This document shows positions 50,832-60,314 of a DNA stretch of 64,000 bases, in pieces. Every line of letters begins with the position of its first letter. Positions within the stretch are counted from its first letter, which is position 1. The position numbers were made by a program, and so were the translations under genes. The notes beneath the pieces were generated by a model, which was not told where the DNA came from, ran no database searches, and saw nothing but the letters and a program-made list of their open reading frames with translations. Origin of the DNA: Thermodesulfobacteriota bacterium (GTDB taxonomy: Bacteria > Desulfobacterota > BSN033 > UBA1163); assembly GCA_035625415.1 (NCBI GenBank), contig DASPPQ010000050.1, positions 6,405-70,404 of the forward strand. The letters are read 5' to 3'.

Positions 50832-51716
50832 TCATTCATGAGACAGAAGGCGATCTCCTACCATTTTTATAAACCTAACGAATGGCTTCAAAAATCTACG
50901 GGATTCTGAGAATCTCACAAACCGTTGATACAGGTAGAAGGGAGAATAGTAGGGAGTAACTCTCCGTTTTATTCCTTTCTCTGTTAAACAATATTGGGCG
51001 TCCAGAAGGCTATATGCCATTTCACCCGCAAGTTTAATATTCTGCTTTGCCTCTTTTCCTTTGCTTGCACCCAACCATCCCTCCGGATGGTGAGAGTAAT
51101 CGTGATTTTGGTGAACAACAGAAACCATTTTAGTTAAGTCAACCATTGGTATATTTAAGACATGGGCTCGGTACAACATCCAGATATCCCATCCAGGACG
51201 GCCTACGGCAAAGGGTGGAATTTCACCCCATATTCCTTTAGGATATACGAAGTAATCAATTCCAAAATGGTAATAAAGTTTCCCTCGATGTGCGACTTCC
51301 GTGAGCAACCAATCTTCCCAATTTGCATTGAAATCTATAGGCTCCTTTAAATCTAAGTTCCATCTCCGGCCCACCATCAAGGATTTTGGCATCTCAATGA
51401 TCACCCTTTGTACCGCCCGTGTGAAATCACTCATCAACAGGATATCCGCGTTCACATAACACATCCTGTCGTACCTTGCTTTCTCCTGAGCCCTATCAAA
51501 GAGCGACCGAATCAGGGGCGTGCCGAATTGATTGCGCGCCACATCAGGAATGTGGTGAATGCCGAATTCCTTTGCAACCTCTGACGTACCTTCATCGTCG
51601 CCCATAAGAATAACTTCCACTTCTGGCCCAAGCCTTCGCCAACTTTGAATGGCATTCCTTTGTATGGTATGAAAAGGCCCCAGAAAAGGTTTAGGGCAAG
51701 CAAATAGAGTGAGCAT
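50832..51716 (-). CDS. Hypothetical protein, possible GT-A-fold glycosyltransferase
   Basis: 294 aa with no transmembrane segment and no classical DXD motif. The call is based on context only. Confidence 0.3.
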   Translation of the reverse strand: MLTLFACPKPFLGPFHTIQRNAIQSWRRLGPEVEVILMGDDEGTSEVAKEFGIHHIPDVARNQFGTPLIRSLFDRAQEKARYDRMCYVNADILLMSDFTRAVQRVIIEMPKSLMVGRRWNLDLKEPIDFNANWEDWLLTEVAHRGKLYYHFGIDYFVYPKGIWGEIPPFAVGRPGWDIWMLYRAHVLNIPMVDLTKMVSVVHQNHDYSHHPEGWLGASKGKEAKQNIKLAGEMAYSLLDAQYCLTEKGIKRRVTPYYSPFYLYQRFVRFSESRRFLKPFVRFIKMVGDRLLSHE

Positions 51717-51774
51717 CCATTTTCCCCTTACCGATAGACCCTAAAAGCCCATATTGAATGACAGGCCCCATGGC

Positions 51775-52980
51775 TTAGGTGCTCCAACATCTTCGGATCG
51801 CTTGGAACTCGTCGAGGACGGTGAAAACACTTTTTAGCCAGTCTTCTCCGTTCCATTTGGCTGCCCGTTTCAGCCCGCGATCAATAAGGTTTTGGCGTAA
51901 TGCCGAATCCTCATAAAGCCGCTTGATGCCTTTAGCAATATCTCCCTCATTCTTTGGATCCACCAACAAAGCGGCATCCCCTAGTTGTTCTTGAGCACCT
52001 GGCACATTGGAAGCAATGACTGGACAGCCCAGGGCAAATGCTTCTAGCGGTGGCAAATTCTCGGGACCGAAGAACGTCACATAGGTAAGTGCGAGTGCAT
52101 TACGATACAAACCAATCATATCCTCACGGGGGACAAAACCTAAAAAGTGAACTTGGGATGACAATCCAAGATTCTCAGCTGTTTGACGAACATACTTCAT
52201 GTTTCCCGTGTCGGAGCCGACAAACACAACGGGCAACTTGAGACCGTGCTTTTCTCGCAATAAGCCAAGAGCTAATAATAACCCAACGTGGTTTTTGTGC
52301 GGCCAGAATTGGGCCGGGTAAAACAAGTAGCCTGGGGGAATGCGGTACCGGGTCAACACTTCCTCCGTATTCTCTCTCGGCGCGCAAAGAGCGAACCCAG
52401 GTGTAGGATGTGGAATCAATCTAAGACGTTCGGGGGGGATGCCGTAGAAATTCACAATTTCCGCTTTGCCCGCTTCCGTCCCCACAACCACTGCGGAAGC
52501 CCGTCGAATCGCCGTTGAATAAAATTTTTCACGCCTGTGCCATTCCCCCCCTCGGCTGACCTCCGGAAACCAAGGTTGGAGCCGGTGTTGCATGTCCCAA
52601 ATGGTTAAGATGAATGGAACCTCAACTTCAATAAAAAAAGGAGTGACAAACCACATTAATTCAATTCCGAGATCGCACACACTGCGTTGAAACCAATCGA
52701 CAACTTTAAGCCCGTCCCGCAGAATCGGCAGGTTCGCGGCAAAATTGGATTTGTTCCGCATGAATCTGGATAGGATGATTTTCCGAATATACCTCCAAGG
52801 AGAAACAACTTGAATTTCTTTCGCAGTTAGTTTTTTACGCTGATCCTCCGTCAAGTCGCCAAATAGGATGATGCTGTGTTTACTCTCAACCCTGGACAGA
52901 GCCTGAACGATATCATCCGCAAATGTAAACCCACCCCCGGCGGCCGGCGGGACACGTCCGATGAATACACCGACTTTCAT
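51775..52980 (-). CDS. Family 4 (GT-B) glycosyltransferase
   Basis: The start is trimmed to ATG 52980 (MKVGVFIGRVPPAAGGG). C-terminal E-x7-E-type GT4 motifs are present. The track ORF was over-extended into the next gene. Confidence 0.75.
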   Translation of the reverse strand: MKVGVFIGRVPPAAGGGFTFADDIVQALSRVESKHSIILFGDLTEDQRKKLTAKEIQVVSPWRYIRKIILSRFMRNKSNFAANLPILRDGLKVVDWFQRSVCDLGIELMWFVTPFFIEVEVPFILTIWDMQHRLQPWFPEVSRGGEWHRREKFYSTAIRRASAVVVGTEAGKAEIVNFYGIPPERLRLIPHPTPGFALCAPRENTEEVLTRYRIPPGYLFYPAQFWPHKNHVGLLLALGLLREKHGLKLPVVFVGSDTGNMKYVRQTAENLGLSSQVHFLGFVPREDMIGLYRNALALTYVTFFGPENLPPLEAFALGCPVIASNVPGAQEQLGDAALLVDPKNEGDIAKGIKRLYEDSALRQNLIDRGLKRAAKWNGEDWLKSVFTVLDEFQAIRRCWST

Positions 52981-52981
52981 T

Positions 52982-53791
52982 CTATTCAACCTCGCATCCT
53001 TTCCCACTTTTCCGAGCAACGGCGACGATGTGCCAAGTTTGTTCGGTAATGTTTCCGTCCGGGCTGAACCCTGCAAACCACTTAATCGGCGTAAAACCGC
53101 ACGTTGATAACCAACCGGCCATCTCTTGCACAAGGAAGTAACGGTTTGTTTGCTTCTCCTGCAGACTGGCATAGGTTCCATCATGCCGTAGCTCATAGAT
53201 TGTGTACGTGACCCTAGCCAGTTGCTCAGGATATTCGAGTTCCGTTTCCGAAATGCGCAACAGCTCTCCGTCGGGTGTCCTCCATCGGCGTACACGCACC
53301 GGGTCATAGCTTCGTAACATCGCTGCGGCGTGCCAGAATTCGAAGATAAACAACCCGTCCGAACGCAGATGGCGATGCACCCCCTGCAACACTTTTGTGA
53401 GTTCTTCGTTGGTCTCCACGTACCCGATGGAATCAAACAAACAGATTCCCGCATCGAATAACTTACCGGGAATATCCAACATCCGCATATCTTGCTGCAT
53501 GAAGGTTACCCGAGAGGAGAGGCCTTTCGCCTTAACACGGGCACAACTCAACATATCTTCGGAATAATCTGTCGCGATAATTTCGTAGCCAACCTTCTCC
53601 AGGGCGAACGCATGGGACCCCGTTCCACAGGCCAACTCGAGCAAGCGCTGCGTTTTTCCTACACTATGTTGTTGGAGGCACCCGTGCACAAATGCTGCTT
53701 CATCGGCATAGGGTTTATCCCCATAAAAAATGTCATACAATTCCGCATGCCGTCCGATATAAGAAGTCATCTGAGCTACTTCACCCTCCAT
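52982..53791 (-). CDS. Class I SAM-dependent methyltransferase
   Basis: LELACGTGSHAFAL motif I. The start is ATG 53791 or 53770, chosen to avoid a 145-nt overlap with the DegT gene. Confidence 0.65.
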   Translation of the reverse strand: MEGEVAQMTSYIGRHAELYDIFYGDKPYADEAAFVHGCLQQHSVGKTQRLLELACGTGSHAFALEKVGYEIIATDYSEDMLSCARVKAKGLSSRVTFMQQDMRMLDIPGKLFDAGICLFDSIGYVETNEELTKVLQGVHRHLRSDGLFIFEFWHAAAMLRSYDPVRVRRWRTPDGELLRISETELEYPEQLARVTYTIYELRHDGTYASLQEKQTNRYFLVQEMAGWLSTCGFTPIKWFAGFSPDGNITEQTWHIVAVARKSGKGCEVE

Positions 53792-54908
53792 GGTCCTCAG
53801 TTCTTTGTTGAGCCTTTCGAAGGCTTTCGGCAATCCTTCCAATGACAGCGTCCGATAGATTCCATGTGGAAGGGAGATATAACCCTGTCTCCCAAAGACG
53901 ATCGGCGACTGGGCATGGAACCGCACGAAATCCCGGTTGCGACTTCAGGAACGGTTGCTGATTCATCGGGCAGAAGAACGTGCGCGTCTCGATACCATCG
54001 ACCCATAAAGCTTTTGCCAATTCATCTCTCGTCAGGCCGAATTCGGGTTTGACCACGACAGCATACATCCAATACACGTTAAAAGCCCACTCCAATTCAA
54101 CGGGCAACTGTATCCCCGGAATGCTTTGTAAGTTGCGGCTGTACGTTTGTGCAACGCGCCTCTTTTCTGCAATAATTTGATCAATTTTGCCCAATTGAAC
54201 CAGCCCCATTGCAGCCTGATAACCTGTCATTCGGAAGTTATAACCCGCTACTTCGTGCCAGAAACGAGGTGTCGTAAAACCTAGGTTCCGTAACAAGTGT
54301 AACCGTTTCGCCAGGTTTTCATTATTCGTAACAACCATGCCTCCTTCGCCGGTGGTGATGACCTTATTCGCGTAAAAACTAAAACATCCCATATCACCGA
54401 AACTGCCGGTCATCCTACCTCTGCATTTGGCCCCATGAGACTCGGCGCAGTCTTCAATAACAGTTAGGTGGTGACGCCTTGCGATCTTCATTAGCGCATC
54501 CATATCTACAGGATGACCGTAGAGGTGCACTGGAAGGATCGCCTTTGTTTTTGGGGTTATCAACGCCTCAACCAAATCCAGGTTGAGGTTCCAGCTTACG
54601 TCTTCAGAATCGACAGGCACAGGAATGGCACCGTTATGAAAAATCGCCAAAGCTGTCGCAATATTGGTGCACGAACTGACGAGCACCTCGTCCCCCGGTC
54701 CTATATCCGCCGCAGCAACGGCAAGTTGCAGCGCTGCGGTGCCATTCGTTGCCGCGATCCCAAACTTACAGCCGCAATAGTCGGCATATCCTTGTTCAAA
54801 ATCAGTAATGGATTTGCCGAAAGTTCCCGAGATCTCCCCCCGTCGCAATGCCCCAACCACTGCTTCGATTTCTTCTTCGCCGATGATGGGTTCAAAAACC
54901 GGAATCAC
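53781..54908 (-). CDS. DegT/DnrJ/EryC1/StrS family PLP-dependent sugar aminotransferase
   Basis: 375 aa with a DegT-family fold. Confidence 0.8.
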   Translation of the reverse strand: MIPVFEPIIGEEEIEAVVGALRRGEISGTFGKSITDFEQGYADYCGCKFGIAATNGTAALQLAVAAADIGPGDEVLVSSCTNIATALAIFHNGAIPVPVDSEDVSWNLNLDLVEALITPKTKAILPVHLYGHPVDMDALMKIARRHHLTVIEDCAESHGAKCRGRMTGSFGDMGCFSFYANKVITTGEGGMVVTNNENLAKRLHLLRNLGFTTPRFWHEVAGYNFRMTGYQAAMGLVQLGKIDQIIAEKRRVAQTYSRNLQSIPGIQLPVELEWAFNVYWMYAVVVKPEFGLTRDELAKALWVDGIETRTFFCPMNQQPFLKSQPGFRAVPCPVADRLWETGLYLPSTWNLSDAVIGRIAESLRKAQQRTEDHGG

Positions 54909-55360
54909 GGCTTAACCTCCACAAAAACCTTGTCATGCTCTGTGCCTAAAAAGGGGCCTTGCTTAACGCTGATGCATTGCATGTCCTCAATGACTCGAAT
55001 TGCATGCGCGCCGTGAATCAAAACAATGGCGTCGCCGCGGCGCATCACAATCTCACGCAACAAATTCCCTTCGTCGCTGAACAATTGCACAGCCACGACT
55101 CCACGCTGTACGACAAACATCTGTTGTAAGTCCTTGATCCTCCGGGTAACCGGTTGATGATAATGAGCAGGTTCAACAAACCCGGCCTTATGGGCGAGTA
55201 AGCCAAATTGAAAAGACGATTCCGGTGAAGAAAAGAAAGTAGTGTGCTCCACTTTCATATCAGCCCAGATGATCTCCGCATATCGAATGCCATTGTATTC
55301 AACCGATTCGACAGACATGATTCCCCCCGGTCCCCGAATGAGTCTCAGAGAAGAAAGCAT
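54905..55360 (-). CDS. Cupin-fold protein, FdtA/WxcM-like sugar 3,4-ketoisomerase candidate
   Basis: Roughly 140-aa cupin (GFVEPAHYH) overlapping the DegT gene start by 4 nt, the FdtA-FdtB type arrangement. Confidence 0.5.
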   Translation of the reverse strand: MLSSLRLIRGPGGIMSVESVEYNGIRYAEIIWADMKVEHTTFFSSPESSFQFGLLAHKAGFVEPAHYHQPVTRRIKDLQQMFVVQRGVVAVQLFSDEGNLLREIVMRRGDAIVLIHGAHAIRVIEDMQCISVKQGPFLGTEHDKVFVEVKP

Positions 55361-55393
55361 TAGTTTTAAAAAATAGTGGTAACGCTTCGATTT

Positions 55394-56221
55394 TCACAAA
55401 TAAGAATGCCATCCCACCGCTGAGAGCCTCGTCGGGCTGTTCGAACAGCGCCAGTATGCCTCTTTTCTGCCAAGACGGCAGCCCCATCCAATTCTGTAAT
55501 CCACGCTCCTTATTTGAATATGACGGAAATGAGCCTTAAGGAGTGAGTAAAGATTGTCGAGTGAAAAAAACTGCAAGTGATCGTGACCTCCTTCCTCCTT
55601 GCCCAGCGATTCCGATCCCATAAATACACCATCAGGACTAATCACATCACAGATCTTTTCTAATACCTTCTCACAATCTGCGGGCGAGAAATGGCCAATG
55701 GCGCCGTCCCAAACGACAATATCGTAGACCTTCCCAGGAAAGGGTGACTGCACAGCATCGAGCTGATAGTAGTGAGTATTTCTAGCATTGTTGCACCTGC
55801 GTGCTGTTTTGATCGCCTCTTGTTCGATATCGATGGCATCAATCTGCGAGCATTTCGTGCTATAAAACCGTTTGGTAAAAAAACCGTCTCCACACCCGAT
55901 GTCGAGCAGTCTGTCTCCCTCCTGAATCACTTCAGAACAAAAGAATCCTCGGTAATACGAATAAGGTCCGACTGGGTCGCCTCTATCGAAAGCAAACTTG
56001 AAAATGCCCATCCGATGATAAAAGAAGTGCGGCGGGGCCTTCCGGTACAACCACTCACGGCGGAAACGGCTTTGATAATGTTGACCAAGCATCCAGACCA
56101 AAATGGACTCCCTCCATTCTCCTCCCCACAGAATGCGCTCTACAAAGGAGGCTGGATACCGGCATATCTTAAGCAGCTTCCTCCTTAGACTTGGCGGGAT
56201 AGATTCAAACATTCCGCACAC
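55394..56221 (-). CDS. Class I SAM-dependent methyltransferase
   Basis: LLDIGCGDGFFT motif I. Confidence 0.7.
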   Translation of the reverse strand: MCGMFESIPPSLRRKLLKICRYPASFVERILWGGEWRESILVWMLGQHYQSRFRREWLYRKAPPHFFYHRMGIFKFAFDRGDPVGPYSYYRGFFCSEVIQEGDRLLDIGCGDGFFTKRFYSTKCSQIDAIDIEQEAIKTARRCNNARNTHYYQLDAVQSPFPGKVYDIVVWDGAIGHFSPADCEKVLEKICDVISPDGVFMGSESLGKEEGGHDHLQFFSLDNLYSLLKAHFRHIQIRSVDYRIGWGCRLGRKEAYWRCSNSPTRLSAVGWHSYL

Positions 56222-56224
56222 CCT

Positions 56225-57142
56225 CTATTTACACAATTCCAAGCACATGACCGCTCGCTCGCCAGCCGGAAAATCGGAAGGATATTCTATCGAGCTATCT
56301 GGATCAAAATATTTACTCTTATGAACGTCGAAGAACTGAGACTGAGCGCAAGAAGTACGGTTACTCAATTGCCATCCGCTCGGTTCGTAACCGAAAACCG
56401 TTTCATTCAATGTCTCGGGAGCAAATTCCTTTATCAACTGATCCGTCAGGCTTGCATCGAGTTGTTGAAACCAGCCGTGGTCTTCAAATCGACCGAAGGG
56501 AAAGGTGATGTAGAGTACCCCTCCCTTTTTGAGCACACGTTTTAGTTCCCCGAGGGCTAATAAGAAGTCTTGAGGGTCACTCTGGCCATCCCCCTTTTGC
56601 CCCGTATACAGAAAGTTATCCATCCCAACGTGTTCAATCGTCGAAATGCAGACGATGGTATCAAAGCACTCGTCTCGAAAATCTAAACTCCTTAAGTCAC
56701 CAAACACATACGATACGCCCGCTTTCCATAGGCAAGTCACTTCAGGCGACAAAGTAACGATAGTTATTTTTTTATTTGAAAGCAGGGGCGCTGTCAAGAC
56801 GAAATCGTAATTCAACGAGGAACCGGCGTCCAGGAGTCGCCCTGTGCGAAGCGCCACGCGGGCAAGAACCCAGGGAATTTCAACCACTCGAGCATCTAAT
56901 CGAAACCCATAATCCGGGGGCAGGGGCTTGGATTTGAGAAAGATCTCCAAGATGGAAGGGTTGGAAATGGACTCGGCAAGATATCTATTACGATATGCAT
57001 AATAACCGAATCGCCAAGGTCTGCGGTCGGATCTCAAATAATTCTTTAAGGCATACCATTGTATCAATTCAAAAGCTCCCCGTCGTGCTCGTGAATCTAA
57101 CTCTAAAATCCTCCGTGCAAGTGATTCTGCAAGTCTGTTCAT
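56225..57142 (-). CDS. Putative methyltransferase-like protein
   Basis: LLDAGSSLN motif-I-like and CISTIEHV motifs. Weak. Confidence 0.4.
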   Translation of the reverse strand: MNRLAESLARRILELDSRARRGAFELIQWYALKNYLRSDRRPWRFGYYAYRNRYLAESISNPSILEIFLKSKPLPPDYGFRLDARVVEIPWVLARVALRTGRLLDAGSSLNYDFVLTAPLLSNKKITIVTLSPEVTCLWKAGVSYVFGDLRSLDFRDECFDTIVCISTIEHVGMDNFLYTGQKGDGQSDPQDFLLALGELKRVLKKGGVLYITFPFGRFEDHGWFQQLDASLTDQLIKEFAPETLNETVFGYEPSGWQLSNRTSCAQSQFFDVHKSKYFDPDSSIEYPSDFPAGERAVMCLELCK

Positions 57143-57291
57143 TCAAACCGTCTCTGACACGCGCTGCAGGTACCTTGTGACAATTCCCGGTAGCTCCTGC
57201 ATCCAGTGATCTAATAAGTGCAACAAAAATTCAGAAAGTAATCATAATCGGTCTCGACGATTAAAGACCTCAAATGTCCCTCTTGATCGAC

Positions 57292-58851
57292 CTACCTGGG
57301 TTTCGCATAAGTTCTCATGAAACGTCCTGACAACATGTGCACTTTGGCAGTCCCCAATTGCAGAAGAAGTCGTCTGCGCTCCATGCCGCCAGGCAGAAAG
57401 TTGTCGATGAACGCGATGATTGTAGCTGAGATCAACGCGCAGAGAAGTCCGGCCCCTCCTAGTGAAATCCAATTCGGCGACCAGGTGAACGCGTCTCTTA
57501 AGAACATGAGTCCGATTGCGATGGCAGCTCCCACCCCATACTGACCGAAGGTGGCCGAAAAATAGACACGGGCAGGAATCCAACTTCTAAAAATACGTTT
57601 CCACATAAGGATAAGGACCGTTACATGGACGGTTGTGCTCGAGGTAGCTCCCCAGCCGGCGCCTGCCAAGCCGACACGGGGAATGAGCAAAGCAGCGACG
57701 CCAAGAGTGATGATCCCCTGGACAAAGGACATCCCTGCCAGCCATTTCGACTTACCGATTCCGAGTAAATAAAAGCTCGGTATTGCAAAGAGGCAAGAAG
57801 CCGCAGATCCAAAGGCTAACACTCTGAGAAGACCCGAGGTGTTCATGGCAAAATCTGGTCCGACCCAAAGAAGGAGTAGATCGTGAGCAAATACGATCAA
57901 AGGGACAAAACACGAAATCGCGAGCGCAGTAATCACCCAGTTGGCTTGAACAACTAAGCGGGCTGCCTCCTCATCCCGCAATTCGCCTTGCATCCGGCTT
58001 ACAGCAGGAAAGAGAACCTCCCCCGTCTTATAGGCAGCTAAATAGATAACTCCGACCACCTGTATACCAACACTATAAAAACCTACCGTGGAGAGTGGAA
58101 GTAAAACTCCTAAGAGCCACCGTTCTGACTGATGCGCAAGGATTCCACCCAAGCGGTTGAGCATTTGCCAGAGGCCGAACCCCAAAGTCTTCTGGAATGA
58201 TGATAAATCCAGATGCGGAAAAAAGCTGATGTTCGGAAGCAACCTTTGGGCAACGATGAACCACCCCAATGCCGTTAGCGTCGCCACAATGGCTTGAATG
58301 CGGACAAAATCCAAGAGATTCCCTCCCCAAAATAGAACTCCCAAACCAGCCGCAATCGTTATGAGGTTTGTAATAATATTCCCTATGTTCAATAACCCAT
58401 AATGTTGCAGGGCCATGACAACGCCGGTAAAAGTCTGGCGAATTTGCATCACCACCCAGCTGACTCCAATCCAGTAAAGACAATTCCGAGCCAAGTCTTG
58501 ATTATCGGAAGGTACGTTAAACACAGAAGTTACGAAGAACCCTGACAGCAACACGATAACGACTCCACCCAAAAAGCCTACACACAGGTTGAACAAGAAC
58601 GTGCTTCGAAGATACCTTCCCGTCTGGCCGTAATCATCCCTGCCTATGTTCTCTGCTATATATTTTATGGTTGCCTCACCGATGCCAAAATCCAGGAGGC
58701 CAAGTGGCGTTACGATACTAATCAAGAGTGTCATGAGTCCATATTGGTCTTTGCCAAGAAAGTAAATGAGAATGGGAGTCGTGATGAAACCGATCAAGAA
58801 TGTCACAATCCATCCCCCTATGTTCCACAGGGAATTGTGCACTACCTTCAT
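57292..58851 (-). CDS. Polysaccharide flippase (Wzx, MOP superfamily)
   Basis: Polytopic (about 14 TM) protein. The start is trimmed to ATG 58851 (MKVVHNSLWNIGGWIV). Confidence 0.75.
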   Translation of the reverse strand: MKVVHNSLWNIGGWIVTFLIGFITTPILIYFLGKDQYGLMTLLISIVTPLGLLDFGIGEATIKYIAENIGRDDYGQTGRYLRSTFLFNLCVGFLGGVVIVLLSGFFVTSVFNVPSDNQDLARNCLYWIGVSWVVMQIRQTFTGVVMALQHYGLLNIGNIITNLITIAAGLGVLFWGGNLLDFVRIQAIVATLTALGWFIVAQRLLPNISFFPHLDLSSFQKTLGFGLWQMLNRLGGILAHQSERWLLGVLLPLSTVGFYSVGIQVVGVIYLAAYKTGEVLFPAVSRMQGELRDEEAARLVVQANWVITALAISCFVPLIVFAHDLLLLWVGPDFAMNTSGLLRVLAFGSAASCLFAIPSFYLLGIGKSKWLAGMSFVQGIITLGVAALLIPRVGLAGAGWGATSSTTVHVTVLILMWKRIFRSWIPARVYFSATFGQYGVGAAIAIGLMFLRDAFTWSPNWISLGGAGLLCALISATIIAFIDNFLPGGMERRRLLLQLGTAKVHMLSGRFMRTYAKPR

Positions 58852-58999
58852 CGCAAAAGTCGGTATCCTATTCTCACCAGGCATGACAGGTCTCATAACG
58901 GGCGAAGGCATGTCCCAGAGGCCGTTTCCATAAACATGGTATCAAGTGTTTTAACAAGATCGTGACTTGCATCTCAATAAAGGCGTCTGACTACCCGAT

Positions 59000-60202
59000 C
59001 TATAAGAGAGCATAATCCTTAAGCCTTGCCAATGCCAAAGCCCTCCAACTTCTGGTTTCCGCAATTTTACCAGAGCCATAGGCACCGAGCCCCTCGCGCA
59101 CTTTGCGCTCCTTTAAATCGAGCAACGTTCGCTTCAGGTCGCTCAAATCATTCTCCTTATACTGCAGTCCATTGCCTTCGAAGCGCTCTCGATCTTCTAA
59201 ATGATCACTGACGATAATAGGTAATCCGCATGCGGCAGCATCGAGCATACTCGTAGACTCTTCCCGAGGCCAAACTCCTATATCCGCAGCCCGATAATAT
59301 CTTGGCAATTGGTCAAAACGAACAAATGACGTTACCACGCAACCTTGAAACGCTTCAATGAGCTTCGTTTCTCGTTCTGATCCTGCGCCAACAAAAAGAC
59401 CTCGGTATGGCTGCCCTTCGTTCATCAGCTCGTTTATTGCTCTGGCCAATAACGCAGGATTTTTTGCTTCAGTGAATCTACCGGTGTAAATGCATACGAT
59501 GTCATTTTCCGAAAACCCAAGCTCTTTCCTTAGACTGTCTCGTTCTGCCCGGTCACGATCCGTTTTCGAAGGCGAAAAAAGATCTGTATCCGACCCGAGA
59601 GGAGAAAGAACACACTTATTGCGCGGGACGCCATAAAACTTCACGGCAAGATCAAGGCAATCCGGTGTCGCCGCATGGCATTTATTTGCAATCATGCTGA
59701 CAATTCTGCCAATCGGAAAGAAAATCGAATAGGCAAACAGCCGCTTTAATCTGCCCTGCCATGATTGCTCTATGGTCCAAGGTGAAACGGACAAACAAGT
59801 ATGATTACCGATGAACAGCTTGAATTTGCAGAAAAGGGTCGCCAAACAAGCTGTCAGGACATTCGATGAAATGACTTCGAATTCCTGCACAATATCAGGC
59901 TGTAGCTCAATAAGCTTTCTCAACAGCCCTTTGACATACAAGAATCCGAAAAAGCTACCGTGGGGCAAGCGATGGACTGTATATCCATCCAGTTTTGAAA
60001 CGCCACACTCAACAACGGGAGGCCCAATAAATTTCTCATACAGATCTTTATATTCCGGGGCATTAAAATAAGTTTTAACGTTTGATGTGACCAAATGGAC
60101 TTCATGGCCCTCTTTGGCATACTCTCTAGGAAGGATATTCTCGATGTAGCCGGTCTTTTCTGAGAACCAACGTGTAAGTATCACAATTTTCATTATTAAC
60201 AC
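59000..60202 (-). CDS. Family 4 (GT-B) glycosyltransferase
   Basis: 400 aa with a GT4-type C-terminal domain. The start may be ATG 60190 (MKIVILTRW). Confidence 0.7.
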   Translation of the reverse strand: MLIMKIVILTRWFSEKTGYIENILPREYAKEGHEVHLVTSNVKTYFNAPEYKDLYEKFIGPPVVECGVSKLDGYTVHRLPHGSFFGFLYVKGLLRKLIELQPDIVQEFEVISSNVLTACLATLFCKFKLFIGNHTCLSVSPWTIEQSWQGRLKRLFAYSIFFPIGRIVSMIANKCHAATPDCLDLAVKFYGVPRNKCVLSPLGSDTDLFSPSKTDRDRAERDSLRKELGFSENDIVCIYTGRFTEAKNPALLARAINELMNEGQPYRGLFVGAGSERETKLIEAFQGCVVTSFVRFDQLPRYYRAADIGVWPREESTSMLDAAACGLPIIVSDHLEDRERFEGNGLQYKENDLSDLKRTLLDLKERKVREGLGAYGSGKIAETRSWRALALARLKDYALL

Positions 60203-60314
60203 TCTTGAACAATCTTATTTACAATCGAGCAGAATCACCCATCTTACTTCATACCCCAGGCATGCTCGGAAATTGCCTATGAAGTATCCGCCGAGCTTTC
60301 ATCGCGCTCGATCA

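Noticed and set aside
51775-53454. 559-aa version of the GT4 gene overlapping the next methyltransferase by about 470 nt
   Set aside because: It is an upstream over-extension. An internal ATG at 52980 gives a normal GT4 N-terminus (MKVGVFIG) that abuts the neighbour's stop. The same applies to 57292..58911, 19717..20778, 1704..3302 and 39366..40313.
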